Assembly (NCBI GenBank): GCA_038224325.1
Contig: JBBRFL010000012.1
Location: 10,249 to 74,248, forward strand
Origin: Thermoanaerobaculia bacterium
GTDB lineage: Bacteria > Acidobacteriota > Thermoanaerobaculia > UBA5066 > Gp7-AA6
Length of the DNA stretch: 64,000 nucleotides
Direction of reading: 5' to 3'
Shown here: positions 20,549-30,185 of the stretch, piece after piece
Layout of the letters: each line of letters opens with the position of its first letter
Numbering within the stretch: position 1 is the first letter of the stretch
Program-made: the position numbers and the translations under genes
Notes under the pieces: model-generated
Databases searched by the model: none
What the model was told of the DNA's origin: nothing
Seen by the model: only the letters and a program-made list of their open reading frames with translations

Positions 20549-22890
20549 TTCTTCTCCGCCATGCGGACCGGCGAGGCCGGGAGGCGATCGAGCACCGGCA
20601 GGCCGGCGCCGTCGTAACGCCCGAAGGAGAGAACGCCCGTCGGGCACATCTGGACGCAGGCCGAGCAGCGCACGCACTCGGGGTCCTCCATGGGCAGCCC
20701 CTTGTTGGCGAAGTTCATGATGTCGATGCCCTGGTGGCAGACCGACGTGCAGACGTTGCACGAGATGCACTTGGACTTCTCCGCGAAGATGCGGAACCGC
20801 GAGAACCGCGTGTAGATGTGCATCAGCGCCGCCAGGGGGCAAGCGAAGCGGCACCAGACGCGGCCGGAGAACCAGAAGTAGGCGCTCACCCCCACGATCC
20901 CGGCGAGGAACATGTCGACGGCGTGGTAGTAGTTCAGCTCGATCCCCAACGGGTGCCACCCGGAGAGCAGCCCGTCGTAGAACCTCCGGGCCGCCTCGCC
21001 GACGCGCGTCGAGGGCCACGTCCACGAGATCGCGCGCCCCACGAAGAGGAGGACCGCGAGCGCGAGGATCGCCTGTCCCACCATGTTCATCCGGTTCCAG
21101 AACGGCCCATGCGGCATCTTCTGGCGGTGCGCGTCCCCGAGCGTCTCGGCCAGCGCTCCGCACGAGCAGATCCACCCGCAGTAGGCGCCCTTGCCCCATC
21201 GGCGGATGATCAGGGGAATCAGGACGAACGTCTGCACGAAGCAGATCGCCAGCCACCAGCTCATCGGCTTCGCGGAGAAGACGTTCCAGATGAAGAGCGG
21301 CCAAGCGAGGATGAAACCGAAGGCGCGCCAGTACTCCCGCCTGTGCCCGTAGTCGGCGGCCGGGAAGAGGTGGTCGGCGAGGGTCTTCCCGAATCCGGCC
21401 TCGAAGGCGCCGTTGTGGCCCAGGTACGGAAGGATCACGAACGGCAGGAGGAACAGCGGGATCCACTGGACGAGCGTCAGCGCGACCGTCTGCCACGTCA
21501 CGTACGGCGTCCTGCGCCGGCGGATGCGGCGGATTCCGAACAGGAGCACCGCCGTGCAGTACGCAAGCGAGTAGTAGAAGCCGGGATCCTTCAGCGAGAT
21601 GGAGAGCGTACCGCCGAGCGTCGACGGATCCGCCGAGAGCGCCGGGAGGCTGTAGGGGAAGAGCCGGTTTCTCCGGAAGAACTGGTTGACGGCTCCGCTC
21701 GCCTTCCAGTTGTAGAGGAAGACGCAGAAGACGAAGAACGCGATGCAGCCCGCCCACGTCGCCGGGGTCCACTCCCCGCGAATCGGCATCTTCGAGCGGC
21801 GGAAGAAGTCGAGCGGCGCCTCGCGTCCGAGCATGGTGAAGACCACGTCGTTCTCCAGCGTCGAGGCCTTCCCCGCATCGTCCTCGAGGACGACGGTCTT
21901 CTCCTCGACGCGTTTCACGCGGGTTCCCAGGGCGAGTCGCACCGACCCCACGCGCGCCGGATCGGCCTTCTGGAACGCGCCCGTGGCGGTCGTGACGAGA
22001 TCGGAGGTGGGGTGCTCGATCCCGACGTGCGCGGACGGGTTCTTCTCCAGGATCGCGAGTTTCTCGACGTTCCCGGGCTTGGGCCGCGAGAACTCCCTCT
22101 TGCGATAGGACAGCGTGACGTGGGCTCCGCTGCCGGCGAGAGCGATGGCGCACTCGAGCGCCGAGTCCCCGCCGCCGACGACCAGGGCGTGCTGGCCCGC
22201 GAACTCCCGGGGGTCATAGAGCCGGTTGTAGACCTTGTCCCGCTCCTCGCCGGGGACGTCGAGCTTGCGGTGATTGCCGCTGCGGCCAATCGCGACGATC
22301 GCGCGCCGGGCGCGGGTCACCGTCCGGCCGTCGCCGTGATGCAGGAGCAGCCGGTTGCCCTCGCGCTCGATGCGATCGATGCGCGCGGAAGTCACCTCCA
22401 CGCCCGCGGCCCGTCGCTCGCGTTCCAGGTCCTCGAGCAGCAGCTCCTTGGGATGAACCTCCGAGCGGAACTGCAGCTTGCCCGCCGGAGTCATGCCGAC
22501 GGGGTAGGTGTAGATCGGCTTGGCCTTCGGAAAGTTCACGACCGTGGCGAACGGCTCGGCGGCCTCGAAGATCTGAAACGCGAGGCCGGCGCGGCGGGCC
22601 TCGATCGCGGCCGCGACCCCCGAGACTCCCGCCCCCACGATCGCGAGGTCGAGCACTCCCTCCTCGGGTCCGCGCCTCGAGGCGAAGTCGGGCTCCGCGA
22701 GGATTGCCTGGACCGCGCGGGCCCCGCCGTCCGAGGAAAACTTCAGCAGCGGGATTCCCGTGAGATCGCCCGTGACGCGGACGCCCGGGACCGCGGTCGC
22801 GCCGCCCTCGCCGACCTCCGGGAGCGGCTCCACGGTTCCCGCGGGCCATCGCGTGTGAAGCCAGCGCGCGTAGCGGGCCACGGGGTTCAT
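20545..22890 (-). CDS. FAD/NAD(P)H oxidoreductase (TrxR-like) fused to a NapH/NosR-type membrane 4Fe-4S domain
   Basis: IVGAGVSG, VVGGGDSA, several TM helices, YCGWICSCG, WCRFACP, CISCNVCTSVC, CVRCSACVQMCP. Confidence 0.85.
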   Translation of the reverse strand: MNPVARYARWLHTRWPAGTVEPLPEVGEGGATAVPGVRVTGDLTGIPLLKFSSDGGARAVQAILAEPDFASRRGPEEGVLDLAIVGAGVSGVAAAIEARRAGLAFQIFEAAEPFATVVNFPKAKPIYTYPVGMTPAGKLQFRSEVHPKELLLEDLERERRAAGVEVTSARIDRIEREGNRLLLHHGDGRTVTRARRAIVAIGRSGNHRKLDVPGEERDKVYNRLYDPREFAGQHALVVGGGDSALECAIALAGSGAHVTLSYRKREFSRPKPGNVEKLAILEKNPSAHVGIEHPTSDLVTTATGAFQKADPARVGSVRLALGTRVKRVEEKTVVLEDDAGKASTLENDVVFTMLGREAPLDFFRRSKMPIRGEWTPATWAGCIAFFVFCVFLYNWKASGAVNQFFRRNRLFPYSLPALSADPSTLGGTLSISLKDPGFYYSLAYCTAVLLFGIRRIRRRRTPYVTWQTVALTLVQWIPLFLLPFVILPYLGHNGAFEAGFGKTLADHLFPAADYGHRREYWRAFGFILAWPLFIWNVFSAKPMSWWLAICFVQTFVLIPLIIRRWGKGAYCGWICSCGALAETLGDAHRQKMPHGPFWNRMNMVGQAILALAVLLFVGRAISWTWPSTRVGEAARRFYDGLLSGWHPLGIELNYYHAVDMFLAGIVGVSAYFWFSGRVWCRFACPLAALMHIYTRFSRFRIFAEKSKCISCNVCTSVCHQGIDIMNFANKGLPMEDPECVRCSACVQMCPTGVLSFGRYDGAGLPVLDRLPASPVRMAEKN

Positions 22891-22925
22891 GGGAGCCTCA
22901 TTCTATAGAGCTAAGCTCTCCCGAG

Positions 22926-23834
22926 ATGCCCGAACTGCCCGACATCCTCGCGTATCTCGCGGCGCTTGCTGCCCGCGTGACGGGAAAGACGCTCCGGTCG
23001 GTTCGCCTGGGGAGCCCGTTCCTCCTGCGCTCGGTCGCGCCGCCCCTCAGCGACGCGGAGGGCCGGCGCGTCGTCGGCCTGAGCCGGATGGGCAAGCGGA
23101 TCGTCTTCGCGCTCGAGGGCGAGCTCTTCCTCGTCCTGCACCTGATGGTCTCCGGCCGCCTCCACTGGCGCAAGCCCCGCGCGAAGGTGGGAGGGCGGGG
23201 AGCGCTCTGCTCCCTGGACTTCGACGACGGCTCCCTCGTCCTCTCGGAGGCGAGCGCCAGGAAGCGCGCCTCCCTCTACCTCGTAGCGGGGCGCGCGGCG
23301 CTCTCCGAGTTCGAGCGGGGCGGCCTCGAGGTGCTGGAGTCGGACGGGCCCGCCTTCCGTGAGGCCCTGCTGCGGGAGAACCGCACCCTCAAGCGCGCGC
23401 TGACGGATCCGCGGCTCTTCTCGGGGATCGGCAATGCCTACTCCGACGAGATCCTGCACCGGGCCCGGCTCTCGCCGGCGAAGCGGACGCGTCAGATGTC
23501 CGACCCCGAGATCGAGGCCCTCCACGACGCGGTGCGCGGAGTGCTCGGCGAGTGGTCGCGGCGGCTCGCGGGGGAGGCGGCGCGGGCCTTTCCCGAGAAG
23601 GTCACGGCCTTTCGCGAGGGCATGGCGGTGCACGGGCGCTACGGAAAGCCGTGCCCGTCGTGCGGCGGGCCGATCCAGAGGATCGTGTACGCCGAGAACG
23701 AGTCCAACTACTGTCCCGCGTGCCAGACGGGCGGGAAGCTCCTGGCGGACCGCGCCCTGTCGCAGCTCCTGCGCGGCGACTGGCCGAAGACCCTGGAGGA
23801 GCTGGAGGAGCGCAAGCGGGGAGAGTCCGAGTAG
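22926..23834 (+). CDS. Fpg/Nei family DNA glycosylase/AP lyase
   Basis: N-terminal MPELP, RMGK, GIGNAYSDEIL H2TH motif, C4 zinc finger CPSC...CPACQ. Confidence 0.9.
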   Translation: MPELPDILAYLAALAARVTGKTLRSVRLGSPFLLRSVAPPLSDAEGRRVVGLSRMGKRIVFALEGELFLVLHLMVSGRLHWRKPRAKVGGRGALCSLDFDDGSLVLSEASARKRASLYLVAGRAALSEFERGGLEVLESDGPAFREALLRENRTLKRALTDPRLFSGIGNAYSDEILHRARLSPAKRTRQMSDPEIEALHDAVRGVLGEWSRRLAGEAARAFPEKVTAFREGMAVHGRYGKPCPSCGGPIQRIVYAENESNYCPACQTGGKLLADRALSQLLRGDWPKTLEELEERKRGESE

Positions 23835-23845
23835 GCGGGTCCGGG

Positions 23846-24808
23846 TTACGGGACCTCGCCCCGCAGGATGGCGGCCAGCTTCTCCGGATCGATGTTCCCG
23901 CCGGAGACGACGCAGGCGATCGAGCCGCGCAGATCCCGCCCCGGCCGGAGCGCTGCGGCCACGGCGGCGGCGCCCGCTCCCTCGGCGATGACGCGCGCGC
24001 GGCCGGCGAGCAGGGCGATCGCGGCGGCGATCTCCGGGAGCGTCGCCACCAGCGATCCCGCGAGCACCCGGCTCGCGAGCGGCCACATCTCCGGGAGGAC
24101 GCTGCCGGCGCCGATCCCGTCGACGAAGCTCTGCCGGTGCTCGATCGGGACGGGTTTCCCCGCGGCCAGGGCGGCGGAAAACGGAGCCGCGGTGTCGACC
24201 TCGCACGCGAACGTCCGCGCCGAGGGGCGCAACGCCCCGACCGCGCAGGCGATCCCGCAGGAGAGCCCGCCGCCCCCGAAGGGCACCAGGATCGTCTCGA
24301 CGCCCGGGAGGTCCTCGAGAATCTCCAGCCCGATCGTCCCGTTGCCGGCGACGACCGCGGGGTCCGCCACGGGGTGGATGAAAAACCCGTCGACGCCGGG
24401 GTAGTGGTGTTCCACGAGGACCTGCCACCAGCGCTCGAAGGGAAGCTTCACGATCCGTGCTCCGAGCCGCTCGATCGCATCGAGCTTGGACTGAGGCGCG
24501 CGGTCCGGGACGATCACCGTGCACGGGATGCCCCTCTCCCGGGCGTTCCAGGCGACTCCCTGGGCCATGTTCCCCGCGCTGGCCGTGTAGACGCCGCGCG
24601 CGAGCCGCTGTTCACCAGCCAGCGCCATCGCGTTTCCGGCGCCCCGCAGCTTGAATGAGCCGATCGGCTGGAGGCTCTCGAGCTTGAGATGGACCTCGAC
24701 GGGAGACTCGATCGCGAGGCGCACGAGCGGAGTGCGCAACGCGAAGCCCGCGATCCGCTCCCGCGCGGCGCGAATCTCCTCCAGCGAGACCGGCTCAATC
24801 GCCCTCGT
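23846..24808 (-). CDS. PLP-dependent threonine/serine dehydratase (serine racemase-like); start uncertain, possibly ACG
   Basis: LKLESLQPIGSFKLRG, SAGN, VPFGGGGL, EGAGA, VSGGN. The family-typical N-terminus (SLEEIRAARERI) extends upstream of the TTG at 24739. Confidence 0.85.
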   Translation of the reverse strand, partial: TRAIEPVSLEEIRAARERIAGFALRTPLVRLAIESPVEVHLKLESLQPIGSFKLRGAGNAMALAGEQRLARGVYTASAGNMAQGVAWNARERGIPCTVIVPDRAPQSKLDAIERLGARIVKLPFERWWQVLVEHHYPGVDGFFIHPVADPAVVAGNGTIGLEILEDLPGVETILVPFGGGGLSCGIACAVGALRPSARTFACEVDTAAPFSAALAAGKPVPIEHRQSFVDGIGAGSVLPEMWPLASRVLAGSLVATLPEIAAAIALLAGRARVIAEGAGAAAVAAALRPGRDLRGSIACVVSGGNIDPEKLAAILRGEVP

Positions 24809-25805
24809 CGCGGCCTCCGCCGAACTCGAGCGATGTGCCCGCTCCGGAAGCCCGCGCGCGGTCGTAGATGAGCTGCGCGGCGGCCAGGTCTTCGATGGCG
24901 AGCCCGACGGACTTGAAGAGAGTGATCTCCTCGGGAGACGTCCGGCCGGGGACGAGCCCGAGCTCCAGCTCCCCGAGCTCTCCCCGGATGTGCGCGTCGT
25001 CCACCGCGCCCTCGTCGCGGGGAATCAGGAAGTCGCCCGCCTCAGCGAGCGCCGACTCGCGGCGATCGACGAAGAGCCGCGAGCGCACGACCGCCGCCGT
25101 GTCCACCTCCCGGGCCGAGGCCACGCTTGAGCCGACGGCGTTGACGTGGGCGCCGGGGGAGAGCCAGTCGCCGCGCAGGATCGGCACGCGCGAGGACGTC
25201 ACGGTGCAGACGATGTCTGAGCCGGAGACCGCCTCCTCGACCGATTCGCAGGCGGTGATCGGGATGGCGCTCCGCGCGGATTCCCGCCGGGCGAAGGCGC
25301 GGGCCCGGTCGAGCGTTTTGCTCGCGACGCGGACGCTACGGATCGGCCGCACGAGGAGCATCGCCTCGAGGTGGGTGCGGGCCTGCACGCCCGAGCCGAC
25401 GAGGGCCAGGTCCTTCGCGTCCTCCCGCGCGAGCCGGCGCGTGGCGACGGCGGAGACCGCCGCGGTGCGGATCGCGGTGATGGACGTCGCGTCGAGGATC
25501 GCGAGGAGCCGGCCCCGCTTGCCCTCGAAGAGCAGGACCGCGCCCTGGTGCGAATCGAGCTCGGTGCCCTCGTTGCCGGGAAAGAAGGTCACGGCCTTCA
25601 CCCCCATCGCCTCCCGCGCCGCCCACTGGGAGGGCATGAGGCCGAGCGCCCCGGTACGGTCCGGGACCCAGACGATCTGCCGCAAGGGCATGGTCGCCTG
25701 GCCGCGCGCGAGGGAGGCGAGCGCGCTCGCCATCGCCTCGATGCACTCCGCCATCGGCAGGAGCTTCGGGATCTCGCGCTGGCCGACGATCAGGACTTCG
25801 GGCAT
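24795..25805 (-). CDS. Ornithine cyclodeaminase / mu-crystallin family protein
   Basis: TAIRTAAVS, GSGVQA, GAHVNAVG, LFKSVGLAIED. Confidence 0.9.
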   Translation of the reverse strand: MPEVLIVGQREIPKLLPMAECIEAMASALASLARGQATMPLRQIVWVPDRTGALGLMPSQWAAREAMGVKAVTFFPGNEGTELDSHQGAVLLFEGKRGRLLAILDATSITAIRTAAVSAVATRRLAREDAKDLALVGSGVQARTHLEAMLLVRPIRSVRVASKTLDRARAFARRESARSAIPITACESVEEAVSGSDIVCTVTSSRVPILRGDWLSPGAHVNAVGSSVASAREVDTAAVVRSRLFVDRRESALAEAGDFLIPRDEGAVDDAHIRGELGELELGLVPGRTSPEEITLFKSVGLAIEDLAAAQLIYDRARASGAGTSLEFGGGRDEGD

Positions 25806-25835
25806 CGCCTCGCTCCTACTGTCATCGTCCCGCTC

Positions 25836-26876
25836 TTACTGCCACCGGAAGATCTTCATCGCGACGGCGAAGCTGACGGCGGCCCACGCGGCCAGGATCA
25901 GCAGGTCGCCTCCGATCGCGGTCAGCCCCTTGCCCTCCAGCATGACGGCGCGCAGCGCGTTGTTCAACGCCGTCAGCGGAAGGGCCTGGATGAGGGGCTG
26001 TGCGGCCTTCGGGAAGCGCGAGGAGGAGAAGAAGACCCCCGACAGCAGCCACATCGGCACCATCACGAGGTTCATGAGCCCGCTCGCCGCCTCGAGCGTC
26101 TTCGCGCGCGCGACCACGAGGAGCCCGATGCCCGCGAAGGCGATCGCCCCGAGGACGGTCGTCAGCCCCAGCAGGGGCAGCGAGCCCCGGATCGGAACGC
26201 GGAAGGCGGCGACGCCGAACGCGAGGATCAGCACCACCTCTAGGATCAGGAACACGAACCGCGAGGAGATCTGCGCGAGGAGAAAGTCGGACTTGCGCAT
26301 GGGGGTCGCCACCATGAGCTTCAGGGTCTTCTTGAGCCGCGCGTTCACGATCGAGAAGCCGATGCCCCAGATGCCCGTGCCCATCAGGTTGAGCCCCAGG
26401 ATCCCGGGCAGCAGGAAGTCGATGTAGCGGGAGCCCTTCTCGTGCACCTCCGATTCGCGAAACGCGACGGGGTCCCTGCGGCCGGCGGCGCGCTGGACCG
26501 CGTCGTCGAGCTCCAGGCGCGCGATGCGCGCGTCGGGGCGAGTCGGGTCGAAGTGATAGACGAGCGGCTCGGCGTTCTCGACCAGCAGCGCGATCTTTCC
26601 GGTCCGCAGCGCCTCCAGCCCCTCCGCGACGGTCCCGTACACCGTCGTCGTCAGCGCGGGGGAGGACAGCGGCCTGCCGCCGAGCGGCCGCAGCCCCGCC
26701 TCTCCCGCGATGCCGATCGCGACCCGGTCGGCCGGCCGGTCGCGGAACGCGAATCCGAGGACGACGGCCATGATGATCGGGAACGCGAAGACCCAGAACA
26801 GCGCCTCCGGCTCGCGCACGAACTCGAGGACTCGCGCCCGGGTCAGCGCGAACAGGGGATTGCGGCGCTCACTCAT
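25836..26876 (-). CDS. ABC-2 type transporter permease
   Basis: FWVFAFP, YIDFLLPG, LSGVFF, ALPLT, C-terminal FRW. Confidence 0.88.
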   Translation of the reverse strand: MSERRNPLFALTRARVLEFVREPEALFWVFAFPIIMAVVLGFAFRDRPADRVAIGIAGEAGLRPLGGRPLSSPALTTTVYGTVAEGLEALRTGKIALLVENAEPLVYHFDPTRPDARIARLELDDAVQRAAGRRDPVAFRESEVHEKGSRYIDFLLPGILGLNLMGTGIWGIGFSIVNARLKKTLKLMVATPMRKSDFLLAQISSRFVFLILEVVLILAFGVAAFRVPIRGSLPLLGLTTVLGAIAFAGIGLLVVARAKTLEAASGLMNLVMVPMWLLSGVFFSSSRFPKAAQPLIQALPLTALNNALRAVMLEGKGLTAIGGDLLILAAWAAVSFAVAMKIFRWQ

Positions 26877-27795
26877 CGCGCAGCTCCCGCCCCGTCAGCG
26901 CGATGAAGACGTCCTCGAGGGTCGAGCGATGCGTCGAGAGCGACACGAGCCTCGCCCCCGCGCCGTCCAGCGCGGAGATGAGCGCCGGCACGGCCTGCGC
27001 GAGGTCCTGCGCGGCGAGCAGCCACCGGCCGTCGCGCTCCCGGCGCTCGCCGATGCCGGGAATCGCGGCGAGCAGGATCTCGGCGACCGGGGGCTCGGTC
27101 GCGAACTCGATGATGTGCGGCGCGCGGAGGTCCGCCACCAGGTTCGCGGGGGTCCCCTGGGCGATGATCCGCCCGTGGTCGACGACGGCGACCCGGTCGC
27201 AGAGCCGCTCGGCCTCCTCCATGTAGTGCGTCGTGAGGAGGACGGTGCGCCCCGCCGCCTTGAGCGCCGCGATCCGCTCCCAGAGCTGGAGGCGGCTCTG
27301 GGGATCGAGGCCCGTCGTCGGCTCGTCCAGGAAGAGGAGCTCGGGATCCCCCGCGAGCGCGCAGGCGACCGCCAGCCGTTGCCTCTGGCCGCCCGAGAGC
27401 TTGCCGACGCGCGCGTCCCGCTTCTCCTCGAGGGACATGTCCGCGAGGAGCCGCTCGGGGGATCGTCCCCTCCGGTAGAAGGAGCGGAATAGCTCGAGAG
27501 TCTCGTAGACCGTAAGCTTCTCGGTCAGGCGGCTCTCCTGGAGCGAGATCCCGAGGCGCTCGCGCAGCTCGCGCTCGTGGCTGCCCCAGCGGCGCCCGAG
27601 GACCGTGACGTCACCCTCGTCCGGGCGCGTCAGGCCCTCGAGGATCTCGATCGTCGTGGTCTTTCCGGCGCCGTTGGGGCCGAGCAGGCCGAAGCACTCG
27701 CCGGGCGCGATCTCGAGGTCGACGCCGTCCACGGCGCGGACGTCGCCGTAGTGCTTCTTCAGTCCGCGGCAGGAGATCGCGGGTGCGGCGCTCAT
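26869..27795 (-). CDS. ABC transporter ATP-binding protein
   Basis: GPNGAGKTT, LSGGQ, LFLDEPT, TTHYMEEAE. Confidence 0.93.
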   Translation of the reverse strand: MSAAPAISCRGLKKHYGDVRAVDGVDLEIAPGECFGLLGPNGAGKTTTIEILEGLTRPDEGDVTVLGRRWGSHERELRERLGISLQESRLTEKLTVYETLELFRSFYRRGRSPERLLADMSLEEKRDARVGKLSGGQRQRLAVACALAGDPELLFLDEPTTGLDPQSRLQLWERIAALKAAGRTVLLTTHYMEEAERLCDRVAVVDHGRIIAQGTPANLVADLRAPHIIEFATEPPVAEILLAAIPGIGERRERDGRWLLAAQDLAQAVPALISALDGAGARLVSLSTHRSTLEDVFIALTGRELRDE

Positions 27796-27821
27796 GGGGA
27801 GGAGGATTCTAAGGGCTGGCG

Positions 27822-28502
27822 CTAGCGGGCCGAGACGACGACGCCCTCGAATCCCGCCGCCTCCAGGCGCCGCAGGACCGACTCGGCGTCGGCGCGGCTG
27901 CTCAGAGGGCCGACCTTGACCCGGGTCAGGCCCGCGAAGGGCTCGAGGTAGGACTCGAATCCCGCGGCTTGCAGACGCTCCCTGTGCCGGTCCGCGCGCT
28001 CGCTCTCGCCGAAGGACCCCGCCTGGACGGCCCACGCCCCGGTCGGGGCGCCCGGCTCGGGATCGCTCCCCGCGCGGCGGACGAGCCGCAGCCGCACGGG
28101 CGCGACTCCCGGGCCGATCACGCCGATCCGGCGGGCCGCCTCGCGCGAGAGGTCGATGATCCGGCCCCGCACGAACGGCCCCCGGTCGTTGATGCGGACG
28201 CGCACGCTCTTTCCGCTGTCCACGTTGGTCACCTCGACGACGGTGCCGAGCGGAAGGTCCCGGTGCGCGGCGGTCAGGCGGTCGGTGTCGAAGATCTCTC
28301 CCGAGGAAGTCGGCTTGCCGTCGAACCCGTCGCCTCCTCCGTACCAGGACGCCATCCCCTCCTCGCTCCATTCCGTCGGAGGAGGCGCCGAGCCCGCCGG
28401 CGCGGGCGCCGGAGCCAGCGCGCGCCGCGAGGCGCAGGCCGAGCAGAAGAGGCAGAAGAGGGCGAGGAGGACGCCGAGGAGATGCCGGCGCCGGCCGATC
28501 AC
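27822..28502 (-). CDS. rlpA: Septal lytic transglycosylase RlpA lipoprotein (DPBB + SPOR)
   Basis: Lipobox-like CSAC, GMASWYG, TAAHRDLP, RINDRGPF, IDLS, SPOR motif VQAGSF. Confidence 0.9.
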   Translation of the reverse strand: MIGRRRHLLGVLLALFCLFCSACASRRALAPAPAPAGSAPPPTEWSEEGMASWYGGGDGFDGKPTSSGEIFDTDRLTAAHRDLPLGTVVEVTNVDSGKSVRVRINDRGPFVRGRIIDLSREAARRIGVIGPGVAPVRLRLVRRAGSDPEPGAPTGAWAVQAGSFGESERADRHRERLQAAGFESYLEPFAGLTRVKVGPLSSRADAESVLRRLEAAGFEGVVVSAR

Positions 28503-29926
28503 ACGCGCACGGGAGAGCTCTGCGCCGCGGCGGCCCCCGCGAGGGCCGGATCGAGCTCCTCGCGAACGAAGACCTCGACCTGCTCCGCGGCGCGGCCGAT
28601 CAGCTTCTCCGGCTGGACCGCCTCGGCGAGCTGAGCCGGCGTCAGCCCGAAGGCCGGGTCCCCGGCGACTCGGTCCAGGAGATCCGCCGGGTCGCCCGTC
28701 TCGCTGCGGCGCTCTGCCGCGGCCCGCGCGTGGACGCGCAGCTTCTCGTGGAGCTCCTGCCGGTCGCCTCCCCGGCGGACGGCCTCCATCAGCAGATTCT
28801 CGGTGGCCAGGAACGGGATCTCGGCCTCGAGCCGGCGCCGGCAGACCTCCGGGTGCACGACGAGGCCGCCGACGACGTTCTCCATCAGGATCAGGATTGC
28901 GTCGGCGGCGAGGAACGCCTCGGGCACGGCGATCCGCTTGTTGGCGGAGTCGTCGAGAGTGCGCTCGAGCCACTGCGTGGCGGCGGTCATCGCCGTGTCG
29001 AGCGAGAGCGCGATGACGTGGCGGGCGAGCGAGCAGATGCGCTCGGCCCGCATCGGGTTGCGCTTGTACGGCATCGCCGAGGAGCCCACCTGCGAGGACT
29101 CGAACGGCTCCTCGAGCTCGCCCTCGTGCTGCAGCAGGCGCAGATCCGAGCCGACCTTGTGGAGGCTCTGCGCGAGCGAGGAGAGGGCGTGAACGACGCG
29201 ATCGTCCTGCTTGCGCGAGTACGTCTGCCCGGACACGATCTGGAGCCGCTCGAACCCGGCGCGCCGGGCGATGGACGAGTCGAGGTCCTGGACTTTCGCG
29301 GAGTCGCCGTCGAAGAGCCGGAGGAAGGACGCCTGCGTCCCCGTCGCGCCCTTGGCCCCCAGGAACCGCAGCCCCGCGCGCGTGGCGCGGACCTCCTCGA
29401 GGTCCATGAGGAGATCGGAGGCCCACAGCGCGGCGCGCTTTCCGACCGTCGTCGGCTGAGCCGGCTGGTAGTGCGTGTAGGCGAGCGCGGGCAGGTCCCG
29501 GTGCGCGAGGGCGAAATCGCGCAGCCTGCGAAGGACCGACACGAGGCGCCGCTCCACCAGGGCGAGTGCGTCGCGCATCTGGATCAGGTCCCCGTTGTCG
29601 GTGACGAAGGCCGAGGTCGCGCCCCAGTGGATGATGCCGCGGGCCGCCGGCGCCGCCTCTCCGAAGACGCGGACGTGCGCCATCACGTCGTGCCGGGTGC
29701 GCGCCTCCTCCGCCTCGGCTGCCGCGAAGTCGATGTCGGACTGGTGGGAGCGCATCTGCTCGATCGCGTCATCGGAGATCGGAAGGCCGAGCCGGCGCTC
29801 CTCCTCGGCGAGCCAGAGCCAAAGCTGGCGCCAGATCTCGAACTTCCGTTGCGGCGAAAAGAGCCCCGACATCTCGGCCGAGGCGTAGCGCTCGGCCAGC
29901 GGGTTGACGTACCCGTCAGTCTTCAC
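28499..29926 (-). CDS. purB: Adenylosuccinate lyase
   Basis: RHDVMAH, HWGATS, THYQPAQ, GSSAMPYKRNP. Confidence 0.95.
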   Translation of the reverse strand: MKTDGYVNPLAERYASAEMSGLFSPQRKFEIWRQLWLWLAEEERRLGLPISDDAIEQMRSHQSDIDFAAAEAEEARTRHDVMAHVRVFGEAAPAARGIIHWGATSAFVTDNGDLIQMRDALALVERRLVSVLRRLRDFALAHRDLPALAYTHYQPAQPTTVGKRAALWASDLLMDLEEVRATRAGLRFLGAKGATGTQASFLRLFDGDSAKVQDLDSSIARRAGFERLQIVSGQTYSRKQDDRVVHALSSLAQSLHKVGSDLRLLQHEGELEEPFESSQVGSSAMPYKRNPMRAERICSLARHVIALSLDTAMTAATQWLERTLDDSANKRIAVPEAFLAADAILILMENVVGGLVVHPEVCRRRLEAEIPFLATENLLMEAVRRGGDRQELHEKLRVHARAAAERRSETGDPADLLDRVAGDPAFGLTPAQLAEAVQPEKLIGRAAEQVEVFVREELDPALAGAAAAQSSPVRV

Positions 29927-30113
29927 TGCCGACTTCTTCTCCGATGTTGAACATGCGAGGCTCGTCGTTGCCGCACACCAGGCAGGTCGCCTCGGTGATC
30001 CGGCCGTCCTCGACCTCGAAGACGTAGCAGGGCGTTCCGCAGTGCGTGCACATGAGGTAGTCGACCTCGCGGTCTTCCTGCGGCTTTCGGTGCGGGGTAT
30101 CCGGATTGTCCAC
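29916..30113 (-). CDS. Small zinc-ribbon protein
   Basis: CTHC...CLVC, GGAGG RBS, overlaps the purB start; alternative GTG at 30119. Confidence 0.65.
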   Translation of the reverse strand: MDNPDTPHRKPQEDREVDYLMCTHCGTPCYVFEVEDGRITEATCLVCGNDEPRMFNIGEEVGSED

Positions 30114-30185
30114 GGGCACCTCCGCGCCATTCTCGCACTCCGGGCGGCACCCCGACAAGGCGGGCCCCGTGTAAGATCCGCCCCC

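Noticed and set aside
18536-24808. VanC-like D-Ala-D-Ser resistance module (serA, ddl, racemase-like enzyme)
   Set aside because: The ligase omega loop FYDYDDKY is D-Ala-D-Ala type. The PLP enzyme is fold-type II and in another operon, unlike VanT. No vanXY/RS is present.
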